Part shown: positions 18,536-29,863 of the stretch, in pieces
Layout: every line of letters begins with the position of its first letter
How positions within the stretch are numbered: position 1 is the first letter of the stretch
Source: a virus
Lineage: Duplodnaviria > Caudoviricetes
Length of the DNA stretch: 64,000 nucleotides
IMG/VR virus record: IMGVR_UViG_3300020204_000066
Coordinates: 229 to 64,228 of that record
Reading direction: 5' to 3' (one strand)
Notes under the pieces: generated by a model
What the model saw: the letters and a program-made list of their open reading frames with translations, nothing else
Database searches by the model: none
What the model was told of the DNA's origin: nothing
Made by a program: the position numbers and the translations under genes

Positions 18536-19339
18536 TTATGGGAGTAAAGTAATACCTTCATTAAAACCAAAATCATCTCCAGGCATTAACAGTGCATGGT
18601 CTGCAGCATTAATAACACCATCGGCATTTCTATCTGTTAGAGATTCTGGAGTATACTCAAGTTGAACTGCTCTCTTATTTGTAGTAGGATCGCCAAGAGT
18701 TTCGTAAACAATTGCCTTGCGAATAACATCGGATGTAGTAACAGGACCATAGATATATGATTTTGCTACAAACTTCAATGCATATGTTATACTACGTCTA
18801 GTTAACATATCTCCCTCATAATCATCATCATATGATATATTGTTTAGAACAATAGCTACATCTCTCACTTCTTCCATCTCTGGAATAAACTTAATTGAAA
18901 TAGTAAATGCTGGTTGAAAATATGCTAAAATTTGCTCTAAAATTTGAAGAGCATCATCTTGAGTTTTTGAAATAATGTTAAGTTCAAACTCCATATTATA
19001 TGGAACTGGTGTATACTGAATTCTTAATTTGTCCGTGGAAGTATCATCAGATCTATATCTTTGAATTACTGATGTCTTTCTTGCAGTATCGTAACTTAAT
19101 CCAGTAAGTTCAAACGAAAGTCTTGGAAATACAATGTTTACTTTCCTTGATGTGCTGGGATCTTCATCAAGTCTTGCTAAAAATTTAGATTTGGGTCCGT
19201 ATGCAATAGGTACTTTTTCTTCTTTTAGAATGGTTCCAGTAGCAGGATCTTTCTTTACTAATTCAATGTTATTGAATAAAGTTCCAAATGAAATTACAGT
19301 TTTTCTAATTGCTTCGTTATAAAATTGCTTGTTTAACAT
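18536..19339 (-). CDS. g15: tail sheath stabilizer gp15
   Basis: FGTLFNNI, KVPIAYGPKSKF, PRLSFE and QILEQILAYFQP motifs. Confidence 0.95.
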   Translation of the reverse strand: MLNKQFYNEAIRKTVISFGTLFNNIELVKKDPATGTILKEEKVPIAYGPKSKFLARLDEDPSTSRKVNIVFPRLSFELTGLSYDTARKTSVIQRYRSDDTSTDKLRIQYTPVPYNMEFELNIISKTQDDALQILEQILAYFQPAFTISIKFIPEMEEVRDVAIVLNNISYDDDYEGDMLTRRSITYALKFVAKSYIYGPVTTSDVIRKAIVYETLGDPTTNKRAVQLEYTPESLTDRNADGVINAADHALLMPGDDFGFNEGITLLP

Positions 19340-20241
19340 CAGAATGATCCTCCTATGTCTCCATATTCTCCGAACGGATTGCTCTCAGTGAAGTCAATAA
19401 TAACATCACCTTTATTTTCATAATATCTATTTTCATCGTATGCATTATTATCAATTAAAATATCAATAGTATCAAAATTATTTACTACCCAATTTGCTGC
19501 GCTAGTTTGACCAACAAAGGCGACATTAGTTTTCACATTTCCTACTAAGTAAGTTAAACGTAACTTTCTTGTGGAAGCATCCCATTTAACAACTTTTGCC
19601 GTAGTAGTTTTTTGAGTAGAACCTTCAGTATAAGTTTGAGTAACAGTTTCTCCGACAGAGAACGTTCCTGTTCCTCCAGTATTCATAGTAACTGGGAAGA
19701 TATAAGATTCTCCTTCCAGATTATCCAGAGTAGAATTTCCAGTATTGAAAATACTATTTCCAGGATTATATAGTTCACAATTTAAAGTATATGTATAATT
19801 TTTTCCTAACTGATAAAATGGTGCTTCTCTTTCGACATACTTAATTTCATAAGTATTTTGCGTCATTGGCACATAAATTAAATCACCTTCATTAGGAATT
19901 CCATTTACATGAGTAGTTATTTCTGTCGTTACATAATTAGTCCACCTTCTTTTAGATACAGTGAATACTACCTCATCTTTAATCTGCAAACCAAATTTTG
20001 CTAGATTTAAAGAGGATGCTCCACCAAATCCATCAACGCTTGTCAAGAGCATTTCTATCATTACATTATCTTCAAACTTAGACAAAACAACATCATTCAA
20101 TGCTCTATCAATTAGCATTGTTTTTGGAATGTAATAAACATCCATTCCAAAAATTTTAATTTGTTCATCAACAAGATCTTGATACAAATCTTGCTCTGAA
20201 CCAATTCCACCGTATTGAGGAAAATAGGAATTCTTAGTCAT
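19339..20241 (-). CDS. g14: neck protein gp14
   Basis: EQIKIFGMDVYYIP, PNEGDLIY, PFYQLGK and DFTESNPFG motifs. Confidence 0.95.
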   Translation of the reverse strand: MTKNSYFPQYGGIGSEQDLYQDLVDEQIKIFGMDVYYIPKTMLIDRALNDVVLSKFEDNVMIEMLLTSVDGFGGASSLNLAKFGLQIKDEVVFTVSKRRWTNYVTTEITTHVNGIPNEGDLIYVPMTQNTYEIKYVEREAPFYQLGKNYTYTLNCELYNPGNSIFNTGNSTLDNLEGESYIFPVTMNTGGTGTFSVGETVTQTYTEGSTQKTTTAKVVKWDASTRKLRLTYLVGNVKTNVAFVGQTSAANWVVNNFDTIDILIDNNAYDENRYYENKGDVIIDFTESNPFGEYGDIGGSF

Positions 20242-20244
20242 GTT

Positions 20245-21060
20245 TTATCCTATCATGTCTAGTGGTGGTAACTCATATTCATTATACAACTGCTGCTTCA
20301 GTTCTTCTATTTCAGCAATTGCATCTTCGTATATTTGTCTTCCATTAAGAGTAATGCCTCCAGGAAGTTGTACGTTATTGAACTTAATTAAATTTTGACC
20401 CCATTGCTTTTTAATCAATGCAGTCAGATATTTTTTTATCCAAATATCATTATATACTTGAGTGTATGTTGTTGGATCTAATGCACGATAACAATCAATA
20501 ATTAAATATTCATTTTCGTTAAAATCATCGACATTGATATCAAGATATAAACGATCGTTCTTTCTATTGAAACGAATATCAATTAAAGATCCAGTATTTA
20601 AAACCATATCTAAAGTTTCTAGATATGATTTAGTCATATAATAATTAAGTATATCTACAGATCCAAATTGATATAAATCGTTTAGAAAAATTTGATATTG
20701 AATACCAAATAAATTTCCTCTGATACTACTTGACTTTAACCCAAATACTTTTTGTATTCCAACAATATGATCTGGTACAGCAATATAATTATTTCTTTCG
20801 GTGAATGATGATGTTACTGAACCACTAGTTCCAGTTGTCGTGGTATCAGATGTTTTAAATCTAGTCATATCTGCAGCAGTAACTTGATGCTTCAGATACA
20901 TTCTTTCGATACCATCGAAATGTCTTTCTTGATATAATTGCAAAGCATCATCCACTAGATCATCAATCTGAGCATTGTCAATATTAATTTGCAACACAGG
21001 GTGACCTAATTTTCTTAGGCAATAATCAATTAATTGTTGTCTAGTAGATGGTTGCGCCAT
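20245..21060 (-). CDS. g13: neck protein gp13
   Basis: YCLRKLGHPV and KKQWGQNLIKF..VQLPGGITLNG motifs. Confidence 0.95.
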   Translation of the reverse strand: MAQPSTRQQLIDYCLRKLGHPVLQINIDNAQIDDLVDDALQLYQERHFDGIERMYLKHQVTAADMTRFKTSDTTTTGTSGSVTSSFTERNNYIAVPDHIVGIQKVFGLKSSSIRGNLFGIQYQIFLNDLYQFGSVDILNYYMTKSYLETLDMVLNTGSLIDIRFNRKNDRLYLDINVDDFNENEYLIIDCYRALDPTTYTQVYNDIWIKKYLTALIKKQWGQNLIKFNNVQLPGGITLNGRQIYEDAIAEIEELKQQLYNEYELPPLDMIG

Positions 21061-21069
21061 GTTTTTTGT

Positions 21070-21297
21070 TTATGATAGTGCTGCTTCCATTAACTCAGCA
21101 TCGTCTTTCTTTCTTTTAGTTTGTTTAACAACCTGAGCTTCTTGTGTCTTTTCCACTAACTCCATCGCTTCGATGGCACCTTGAAGTTTGTGGTATAATT
21201 CTTTTTTGAGTTCTAATGCTTTCTCTAGTTCCGCGATTTCTCCAGCTGCTTGCTTGAGTTGTGACTTAAAACTAGTAGTCAATTCATCAAATACCAT
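21070..21297 (-). CDS. hypothetical coiled-coil protein
   Basis: 75 aa with KLQGAIEA; late promoter upstream. Confidence 0.7.
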   Translation of the reverse strand: MVFDELTTSFKSQLKQAAGEIAELEKALELKKELYHKLQGAIEAMELVEKTQEAQVVKQTKRKKDDAELMEAALS

Positions 21298-21330
21298 AAT
21301 AGATTCCTATAAAAATCAACAGTCATTATC

Positions 21331-21338
21331 TATTTATA
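21331..21338 (-). promoter_or_regulatory. late promoter TATAAATA
   Basis: Exact consensus upstream of the g13 operon. Confidence 0.8.
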
Positions 21339-21340
21339 AT

Positions 21341-21364
21341 AAAAAAGACCCCCTTTCGGAGGTC
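21341..21364 (-). terminator. Rho-independent terminator
   Basis: GACCTCC-GAAA-GGGGGTC stem followed by TTTTTT. Confidence 0.85.
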
Positions 21365-21385
21365 CGTTGAAGAGTATCGCAAGGA

Positions 21386-24300
21386 TCATGCTTGCGATTC
21401 TGACCATGTTAGACGTGCAGTAACTTCTGTGTTTTGACCCGATGTTGGGTTATCAGTTGGAGTAACAGCAACAGTTAGAACATCTGGACCGTTGGGGAAT
21501 ACGAAATCTCCACCCAGAATTGAGTTACCAAGTTGAATCAGTTCATCTAGTTCTTGCGAAACGGATGCACCAGATGCAGCACGGAATTCGTAAACAATGA
21601 TACCACCAGTGACACTATCAGCAGCAGTTCCTGTATGCTTAATGATCTGAGTTAGTGAAGGAGCACCAACGTTGGAGAAGTATGGTTGTGCCAAGTTTCC
21701 ATTCAGAATTAGCTTAACTGAAACTGGTTTGTTATTGACTGGGTTTGTAGCAACAATTCCAACCTGCTTCAGGGTAATCGCCATTCGGTTGATAAGATCT
21801 CTATCCCCTAGAGCACCGACAAGTGAACTATCTACAGATGGTGCGAGACGTAGTGAAAGAATAGGAATATTCTGACCCTGTAGTTCTCTCTTAATCGTCA
21901 ATGTATCATTACCCGAAGATCCTGTAACTGCAGTGAATAGATACGCACGGTCATCTTCAAATTGACCATCCATAATAACTGATGCACCCCAGTGGAATAG
22001 ATTTGGTGGATATGATGGGTTAGCACCATTTTCTACCTCATATCTTGCTGGTAGGTTACCAGAGCGTAGGTATGCTTCTGTTTTTTTGTTGTTGTGTAGG
22101 AATTCGTGTACATAAATCACGCGACCATTTTGATCCTTAAATCCAAAGCGAACCTTACCCGCGCCATACCATGAGTAATCCATGTATGCCATCTGGATCT
22201 TATTGATGTCAAGTACGTAACCAAATTTACCAGTTCCGTTGCACTTATCAACAGACCAATTGCTTTGTACTACTCTTTCGTCCTCAGTTACAGTACCGAT
22301 AACACCAGTATAAGTCTTACCAGAATAAGGTCTGCTGACAGAAAGTTGAGTATCGCTAGCAATGTATGTAATCTTATAACTTTGTCCGCGAATTACAATT
22401 CTTTGACCGACAGATAGTTGCTTAGTAAATCTAGTACCAACACCCGATACAGTGTTTGATTGATATGTGACCGAAAGTGTTCCACCAATTTGCTTGACTG
22501 AACTTCTCTTCACACAGTATAGATGTTGACCATCATATTCAAAGAACATACCATTCTGATCATCATACATACCAGCACGAACCTTAGCATCAGTCCAACC
22601 AGTTAGATTGACTAGTGGGAAACCAAATGGTGTTACATCAACTGGAACTGCAGCAGTAGGATACTTGAAGGTGAAATCATCAACAACTGCCATTACTGAA
22701 ACAGTTGCATTATATCCAGCAGCAGATCCTGATTGTACCTGAACATCTTGAACTTTAACTTGATTACCAACTTTTAGTTTATGTGGTTTTCTGGTTACAA
22801 CAATTGCTTTTCCATTTGGAGCAGAAATGCTATTTTCAGTTGTAGTATCAGAACTATAGCTAATACCAGAAACTTCGATTGGTGGATTAAAGTTGATTGC
22901 TGATGAATATTGCAGACCCTTACCAGACTGATAACGGAAGTATCTTCTGGTTTGTCTTACAATAGAGCAATTAGGAGATTCAGATGCACTGATTTCAACA
23001 CCACCGTCAAATGGTCTGTGTAGATTGATAGCATCAGGTCTTGTGTATAGTTGGGTTTCAACTAGATATTGACACCACTGGAATACACCTGGATACAATC
23101 CGCCATCTCTTTGATCAGTGTAGATAATATTGTTAGCATCATAGTTTGTATTACCGACAGAAAGGTTGCCACTTGTTCTTGTTACATAGCTACCAGCACC
23201 AACAGCAACACCGATAAAGTAATGCTTAAATCCTTGTCCACTGTTAGTTAGGTTAACTTGAGTTACACCACCAGAAACAGCACTTAGAGAATCACGGAAG
23301 AAGTTAACGTTAGCAGTACCATCACCCATTAGTTTGAATGAGTTATCATCAATCTTATAGACGTAGTATGTACCACCATCAACCATCGTACCAATACGGA
23401 ATCCATCGTTTAGAGGTCCAGCAGAATAGTAAACCTTGGTTCCAGTAACAAATCCGTGGTTTGGAATTGTGAATACATCCTGATCAAAGTTTAGTACTGG
23501 GTTGCTTCTGTCGGTTGGAGTACCGAGTAGAACCGTTCCCTGTGGGTTGAATTCAACAACTCTGTTTGGATATGGATCATCAACAATACACTGGTTGTCA
23601 GATACAATCGAGAAGATTGATGTTGGATATACTTCGGTATAAACTTTTTCCAATCTATGGAAAGAACCTAGTCCGATGGTAACCAAGTTAATTGCAAGAG
23701 TATAACTAGTACCAGTATCTGCTTGTCCACCAGTCCAAGATCCAGGAGGATTTTCAAATAAAGTAATAGTGTTTGCAGTGACACGGTTTACATAATACAG
23801 TTTATTTTGTGTTAAACCTTCGATAGGTCTTTGTTCAGCCGAACCAGCACGATCATAATCAATTCTATAGAATACAGCATCTCCTGTGTGTAATTGGTGA
23901 TTATTAATTGTAAGAATATTCTCTGTAGTATTAACAGCTGAAGCAGCATCAAAGTACTGAGTTGACCAAGGAACTTCATTAACAATATTAAGAGTATCTC
24001 CTTGCTTAAACTGAGCGTTAAACTTAGTAGCAACACCGAGGTTTGAAGGAATTGGAGCCCATCTGTTATCTAATACACCAGCATCAGATACTGGTTTTAC
24101 GTTTGCTGCAATAGGACTTCCTGCTGCAGTATCGGTAATGTTTCTTGATGTAGTTGGAATACCAACTCTAGCAACGTAGAAGTTATTTTGATATAAAACA
24201 ACATCATGTGCAATATAAGTATCTGTTGCGTTCCATTCACCTTTGTATGATGTACCATATACAGTTGGGTTTGTTAACTTCAGTACGTGTAGAGTGCCAG

Positions 24301-27300
24301 TACCAACAGCAGAAATATTTGCTCTTTCTGTGTTTGTGTATGCACCCAACCATGTATTGTGCAAAGTAATTACAGTATTACTAATTCTATTGACGAAATA
24401 GTTTTGACCATTATTCAAACCAAGAACTGCAGTGCCCTGGGCGTATACGTTATACTTAACACGGTCGCCAGTTGAGAACGGATGGTTTCCTGGGAAAGTA
24501 ATTCTGTCGGTAGCAGGAGCAATAACAGAAGAACTTGAACCGTTGAAAGTAATGTCCTTAGAAATAAGAGTTACTAGACCAGTACCTACAGATTCACCAT
24601 AAACACTCAGAGTTTGAAGTCTGTGTGCAGCACCAGAACCATAGTTTGAATATCCACGAATTGATAGACCAGCAAAAGCATCTGCTTTACTTCTTGAAAG
24701 AGCAAAGTAGTTTTGTGATTTTCTGATAACATAGTATGTTCCAGGTGCTAAAGAAGAGTAACCAGACTCAGGACCGTTTGATGCAAGACCAATACCAGTA
24801 CCAGTACCAGCGGTATAATTTACTTTAGTTCCAGTGATAAATCCGTGATTGTTTACATAGAATTCACCGTTAGATAAGTTGACTGTAAATTCTGGGTTGA
24901 ATGCAATATTCTTACCTAAAACTTGACCAGTTGCCCTCAGAGGAATGAGAAAGTTATTAGTGACATTACCAGCGACATATCCACCATCAACACTTCCAGT
25001 TGGAGAAACATCAGTAAACGTATGAGTTCCTGATCCTTTTCCTAGTGGAATTGATGAATAAACTTGAGTGAAAGATGGACTTGTTCCAGAGGTAATATCA
25101 ATCGGATATCCTTGTAGTGCCTGCACTCTAGAAATAGCAACTTGGAATGTACCAGGGTCAACAATAATTACGAAAAGAACTGAACCAGTAGAAACTCCAG
25201 CACCTGATGGACCTCTGGTTACCATTGATGGACCGCCATTATAGATTAGACGATCTCCAGCTCTTAGACCATGATAAAGAATACCAGTTGCAGTTACGGT
25301 TGGAGCAGCGGTATATAAAGTTCCTCCGTTAGTAACTGTAATACCAGTGATATTACCGCTTGAGTTTACAGTTGCAGTTGCTGTAGCACCAGATCCTCCA
25401 CCACCAGAGAATGAGATGATAACTTCACCACGGTTTGTTCCTGGAACAGGATATCCAGATCCTTGGGCGTTTACGTTAACTTGAGTTACAGCACCTGAAG
25501 CAACAACGGCAGTAAATGTAGCACTTCCGCCAGATGTAAATCTGAAATAATCATTACCAGCATCAGTACTTGCAGGCGGCATTGTTCTAGGAACAAGCTT
25601 GTTTGCCATAATTCTTAGCGAATTAGTCGTAACATCTTTAGCAATATAAACATTATTATTTTCAAGACCTAATTCACCAGATCTTGTGCCTGGAACATCC
25701 GCATTACCATTGTTATTATAACGAATTTGATTTCCTTCACCAATACCATGGTTATTAATATAAATTCTATTAGATTCTGGGTTTTGAATTGCAATACCCA
25801 TGTTTGCAATACCAGATACAAATAAATGAGTATTTACTGTACTGGAACCACCAAATCCTCTGAAGTTTACAGTAGGAACGCTAGTTGGAAGAATGTTATT
25901 GTCAAATTTTTGTAGTTTAATAACATCCGTTGTTACAGGAACTGCATAAAAATCGGCTGAACCATCACTTCTGTTTGATGCAAATGTGGTATTGATTGAA
26001 CCACCGAAGATATAAGTTCCTCTTAGTCTTTCTATGTTATCTGCTGCTCCAGGCTCACCTTGGCAGAAGTAACGTAGTCTGTACTGAGGCCATTCATATT
26101 GCTCCAATCCAGAGATTTGAGAAATTTTCTTGAATGGATGATTTTGTAAGTAGATGCTATTGCTATATTGGTTCTCAATGACACTAAATGCAATAAATTC
26201 GTTTGATCCAGGAGTTGCAGCACTTGTCCACTCAACCACAGATCCATAAAGTGCAGTAGTTAAAGAGTATTCTGGGAATCCAGCAACCTGATCAACTGAA
26301 CGAATGTAATAATATGATTGTCCCATAACTCGGGTGCCTACTCCACTACCAGTAGATGTAAACATATCTTCATGGTTTGATGTATCAGTATCAAGGCCAC
26401 CAGATGAATTAAATCTCAAACCAATTAGACCAGCAGGAATAAAACTACCGCTTTGATTCTTGAGAACAACTTTTTGAGTTTCGTCAACCCAAATAGGTGC
26501 TTTTGCGTACTTAAGAAGAACACGGTCTCTTTGACCACCCTCTGCAGCATTAAACGCAAAGTTTTTTACTTGATACCCTGGGTGGAATTGCATCCATCCA
26601 AAGTGCTTTGTTGGAATTGAAGAAAGATCGAGAGTTGTTCCAGGAGTTCCGTATAGAGCGTTTGCAGCAAAGCTTACGCTAGTTGACATCTGGAATGTAT
26701 CTTCTGTAGCATTCTTTACGTAATAGATACCACCATCAGTCAAACCTCCAGGAGGTGAGTTGTCTGGACCACAAACAAACATAAGTGGTTGACCATTCTT
26801 AAATCCATGTTTTCTGATAAAGATTGAAGATGATCCAGCACCAGTTGTGATTGCATCCTTATTGAAGTAACGTGATAGTTGAACATCAGTTGGTGTTGTT
26901 GCTAATGCAGCCGTTGCAGTAGCTTGTGATCCGCCTACTACTGGAGGAGCAATATATACAGTGGGAGTAGTAACATATCCAGCACCTCTGAAAGTAATTT
27001 CTACTGAAGTGATGACACCAGAAGAATTTACCTTTGCAATACCTTGAGCAGGAAGACCATTATATTCAGTAGAACCAGATCCACTACTAATTTTAGTTGG
27101 ATATGAGAAATAAACTACAGGAGGAGTTGCTGGATCATACCCAGATCCTCCATTGGTTACTGTTACAGATGCAACAGTTTCTGTGGTTGTATATCCAGAT
27201 TCCCAATCAAAAATGCTAACCCTAGTTGAATTTAATTCAGCAAATCTTAGATATCTTCTGAAAGTATGAGTTGCTCCAGTTCCACCATTACTGGTTAGGT

Positions 27301-28882
27301 TAAGAAGAGTTGGACCGTAAATTGCATTTGCCTGTCCAGCAATAGTAGTTGAACTATTTGCAAAAGTTCCATTTGTAGGAGTAACTGCTGCAATAGATTT
27401 GACGTTTACTGCTGAACCTGGAGTTGGATCAAACGTTGTTTGTAGAGCAGCAACAGTTAATAGTAAATCATCAGTGTTGTTTAGACCACCGATAAAGTTT
27501 CCAGGAATTTTTAAAGTATTGCCTACTGCATAGTTGCTACCACCGTTCACAACTTGAACACCAACAATAGCACCACTTGAATTTCTATCAATACGGAATG
27601 TGGCACTAGTTCCTCCTGATGGAGAAACTAAAGTTACTGATGTAACTCCAGTGTGTGCACTAGATGCTCTTGTGGTAATTCTAAATCTATTGTTGTCTAA
27701 TTTTACGACATATAATTGATGGAATGTACCAGAGTTGCTATATGTTGGCAGAGCACCAGCACTGATAGGAGATAGTGACTGTACTTGTAGTTGGCCATTA
27801 GTCCAACCAGTATATACAAGACAATCGCCAGTTTCCATACCGTGATTATTCACAGTAAAAATACCAGTTGTTTGATCAATATTTGTTGAGGGAATAGTTA
27901 ATGCAGTTGTTCCTACATGCTCTGGGAACGCAGGATCAAAAGTACCAGTTGTTGATAGTGAAGATGGCAGAACCTGACGGTCATCAATAGCACCACCGTT
28001 TTGGAAACTATCTGCATCGAAGGTTACCTGTCTGTTTCCTACTGAGTTTGATAGATAGAACGCAGATCCAGTGCTGAAACCATGCTCGTAACTAGTTCTA
28101 ACAGTCAACGTTGATTGAACTGCTTCGTCAGTCACAACTGGATCTTCAGTTGCAAAAGATTTATCAACTTTAAGAAGAGAACCTACATAATATCTACCAA
28201 TAGTGATGACAGTATATGCAGTTTGAATTTGTCTGGTGGCAGTCTGGAGTGAACGCGCTTGATATGTAAATATTGACGTACCAGGAATTGATCTGATGAT
28301 GAAAGCACCTTCCGCAGTAATGCTTTCTACACCTCTTACGTCAATAGCAACACCAGTGGCAAGGTCGTGAGGAACAGTTGTATTTACAGTTACAATATTA
28401 CTACCAGCAACTGTTGTGATTGTTGCAACCGTTGTTAGCGGAGTATCGCCAAGTGCAGAATAGAATGAGGGAACATCATTAACTCTCTCTAAACTTTCCC
28501 ACTTGGTTGCTTGGAGACCATATTCAAAGTCAGTATCAATGAGAGTATTTGGTTGAGAAACACGTAGTTTGTGTACGGGATCTAGTAAAGCCTCATCGGG
28601 CTCAAAACGAACTGCTTCTTCTTCAGTATAAACTTGAAGAACGTCATTATTTGAATGACCGTTTACTGCAGTGTCATAAATTAGAGTTACTGTAGTTTCA
28701 TCAGTAGTAGGACTGTATGAAACGTTAGATGCACCTAGAGTGGAGTCACCAACGATGAAAATAATGGTGTTTCTGGTGACATTATTAATAAGAAGTAGTT
28801 TATTAAAGGAAACATTTCCTTTGATTTTTACTTGTTTTGCCGCAGCATTAAAAGAATAATCAAATTGTAAAGTCCTTGCCAT
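21386..28882 (-). CDS. giant virion structural / fibre protein (2498 aa)
   Basis: About 12 repeats of xHG(F/L)xTGxx(V/L)xY, GGSGY repeats, and conserved termini (DTDFEYGLQATKWE; RQTRRYFRYQSGKG, YSWYGAG). Confidence 0.85.
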   Translation of the reverse strand: MARTLQFDYSFNAAAKQVKIKGNVSFNKLLLINNVTRNTIIFIVGDSTLGASNVSYSPTTDETTVTLIYDTAVNGHSNNDVLQVYTEEEAVRFEPDEALLDPVHKLRVSQPNTLIDTDFEYGLQATKWESLERVNDVPSFYSALGDTPLTTVATITTVAGSNIVTVNTTVPHDLATGVAIDVRGVESITAEGAFIIRSIPGTSIFTYQARSLQTATRQIQTAYTVITIGRYYVGSLLKVDKSFATEDPVVTDEAVQSTLTVRTSYEHGFSTGSAFYLSNSVGNRQVTFDADSFQNGGAIDDRQVLPSSLSTTGTFDPAFPEHVGTTALTIPSTNIDQTTGIFTVNNHGMETGDCLVYTGWTNGQLQVQSLSPISAGALPTYSNSGTFHQLYVVKLDNNRFRITTRASSAHTGVTSVTLVSPSGGTSATFRIDRNSSGAIVGVQVVNGGSNYAVGNTLKIPGNFIGGLNNTDDLLLTVAALQTTFDPTPGSAVNVKSIAAVTPTNGTFANSSTTIAGQANAIYGPTLLNLTSNGGTGATHTFRRYLRFAELNSTRVSIFDWESGYTTTETVASVTVTNGGSGYDPATPPVVYFSYPTKISSGSGSTEYNGLPAQGIAKVNSSGVITSVEITFRGAGYVTTPTVYIAPPVVGGSQATATAALATTPTDVQLSRYFNKDAITTGAGSSSIFIRKHGFKNGQPLMFVCGPDNSPPGGLTDGGIYYVKNATEDTFQMSTSVSFAANALYGTPGTTLDLSSIPTKHFGWMQFHPGYQVKNFAFNAAEGGQRDRVLLKYAKAPIWVDETQKVVLKNQSGSFIPAGLIGLRFNSSGGLDTDTSNHEDMFTSTGSGVGTRVMGQSYYYIRSVDQVAGFPEYSLTTALYGSVVEWTSAATPGSNEFIAFSVIENQYSNSIYLQNHPFKKISQISGLEQYEWPQYRLRYFCQGEPGAADNIERLRGTYIFGGSINTTFASNRSDGSADFYAVPVTTDVIKLQKFDNNILPTSVPTVNFRGFGGSSTVNTHLFVSGIANMGIAIQNPESNRIYINNHGIGEGNQIRYNNNGNADVPGTRSGELGLENNNVYIAKDVTTNSLRIMANKLVPRTMPPASTDAGNDYFRFTSGGSATFTAVVASGAVTQVNVNAQGSGYPVPGTNRGEVIISFSGGGGSGATATATVNSSGNITGITVTNGGTLYTAAPTVTATGILYHGLRAGDRLIYNGGPSMVTRGPSGAGVSTGSVLFVIIVDPGTFQVAISRVQALQGYPIDITSGTSPSFTQVYSSIPLGKGSGTHTFTDVSPTGSVDGGYVAGNVTNNFLIPLRATGQVLGKNIAFNPEFTVNLSNGEFYVNNHGFITGTKVNYTAGTGTGIGLASNGPESGYSSLAPGTYYVIRKSQNYFALSRSKADAFAGLSIRGYSNYGSGAAHRLQTLSVYGESVGTGLVTLISKDITFNGSSSSVIAPATDRITFPGNHPFSTGDRVKYNVYAQGTAVLGLNNGQNYFVNRISNTVITLHNTWLGAYTNTERANISAVGTGTLHVLKLTNPTVYGTSYKGEWNATDTYIAHDVVLYQNNFYVARVGIPTTSRNITDTAAGSPIAANVKPVSDAGVLDNRWAPIPSNLGVATKFNAQFKQGDTLNIVNEVPWSTQYFDAASAVNTTENILTINNHQLHTGDAVFYRIDYDRAGSAEQRPIEGLTQNKLYYVNRVTANTITLFENPPGSWTGGQADTGTSYTLAINLVTIGLGSFHRLEKVYTEVYPTSIFSIVSDNQCIVDDPYPNRVVEFNPQGTVLLGTPTDRSNPVLNFDQDVFTIPNHGFVTGTKVYYSAGPLNDGFRIGTMVDGGTYYVYKIDDNSFKLMGDGTANVNFFRDSLSAVSGGVTQVNLTNSGQGFKHYFIGVAVGAGSYVTRTSGNLSVGNTNYDANNIIYTDQRDGGLYPGVFQWCQYLVETQLYTRPDAINLHRPFDGGVEISASESPNCSIVRQTRRYFRYQSGKGLQYSSAINFNPPIEVSGISYSSDTTTENSISAPNGKAIVVTRKPHKLKVGNQVKVQDVQVQSGSAAGYNATVSVMAVVDDFTFKYPTAAVPVDVTPFGFPLVNLTGWTDAKVRAGMYDDQNGMFFEYDGQHLYCVKRSSVKQIGGTLSVTYQSNTVSGVGTRFTKQLSVGQRIVIRGQSYKITYIASDTQLSVSRPYSGKTYTGVIGTVTEDERVVQSNWSVDKCNGTGKFGYVLDINKIQMAYMDYSWYGAGKVRFGFKDQNGRVIYVHEFLHNNKKTEAYLRSGNLPARYEVENGANPSYPPNLFHWGASVIMDGQFEDDRAYLFTAVTGSSGNDTLTIKRELQGQNIPILSLRLAPSVDSSLVGALGDRDLINRMAITLKQVGIVATNPVNNKPVSVKLILNGNLAQPYFSNVGAPSLTQIIKHTGTAADSVTGGIIVYEFRAASGASVSQELDELIQLGNSILGGDFVFPNGPDVLTVAVTPTDNPTSGQNTEVTARLTWSESQA

Positions 28883-28919
28883 TTTTTTTGGTCTCCGTTG
28901 TTTTTTTAATCCTAGTGTT

Positions 28920-28927
28920 TATTTATA
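28920..28927 (-). promoter_or_regulatory. late promoter TATAAATA
   Basis: Exact consensus upstream of the 2498-aa gene. Confidence 0.8.
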
Positions 28928-28942
28928 AGTCGAAAATAAAGA

Positions 28943-29851
28943 TTACATTCCGAACACAATAGTGGTAGCAAATGCTTGTGCTTTTGCAGTTGCTAATTGA
29001 GCATTAATATTAACTGTTGTCGTATCTCCCTGTGCAAGTAGTTCCCAAACAGTAGAGTTTGTTCCTGGAACAACAGAATTGGTTTCAGTTAGGTTGATGT
29101 ATGATGATGCGCTAGCAACAACAAATACAACTTCTCCTGGTAGGTATGAGTTTGCTGGGTTCCATACTCCAGCATATTTCATTCCTTGTACTACCAATCT
29201 CCAATAAGTATATCCATTGCTAGCATTTGGTTTTATGCCAGTTGAATTTGCAATATTCACATATGTATAACCACCATACTGAATTAAATCTCCAGGAATA
29301 TATGCAGTTGCATTATTATAAGTTCCTCTTTCATTAAACCCAGTGGTTATAATATCCCAGTCAGCATTGATTGAAGTACTTGGAGCAACTCCAGTGTTTA
29401 CTGTAAGAGCAACATATGTATAACCTCCATATGTTACTAAATCTCCTGGTTGATATTGAGTACCAACTTGCCAACTATCTTCAAATTTTAGTCCTTCTAG
29501 GAAAATTGAAAATTTGGTATTATCTAATGCTGCTCCTGCGGACAAATGAGGAACTGTACAAAGATGTAGATTGTTTCCAAATTTTACAATATCATTTAGA
29601 TTGTAATAGGTTGCTGCAGCCCAAGTTCCTGCATTTTTAACTCCCTCTAAATGCACTGCCCATTTTGGGGTGCCTGCTCCTAGACCATCAGTTGCATACC
29701 AGTTGTTTAGTGATGCTACAGATGTGTGATTGGATACTGCAACATATGAGTTTCCTCCCAATGTTACAATATCATCAATTTCATAAGCAGTGCTTGCAGT
29801 CCAAGCACCTCTCCAATTAAATTTTAAGCGTCCAATTCTGAAGTCTGCCAT
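28943..29851 (-). CDS. structural protein with CBM5/12-like repeats
   Basis: Five repeats of W/YxxxxxYxxxDxVxxGxxxY. Confidence 0.75.
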   Translation of the reverse strand: MADFRIGRLKFNWRGAWTASTAYEIDDIVTLGGNSYVAVSNHTSVASLNNWYATDGLGAGTPKWAVHLEGVKNAGTWAAATYYNLNDIVKFGNNLHLCTVPHLSAGAALDNTKFSIFLEGLKFEDSWQVGTQYQPGDLVTYGGYTYVALTVNTGVAPSTSINADWDIITTGFNERGTYNNATAYIPGDLIQYGGYTYVNIANSTGIKPNASNGYTYWRLVVQGMKYAGVWNPANSYLPGEVVFVVASASSYINLTETNSVVPGTNSTVWELLAQGDTTTVNINAQLATAKAQAFATTIVFGM

Positions 29852-29863
29852 TGTTCTCTCCTA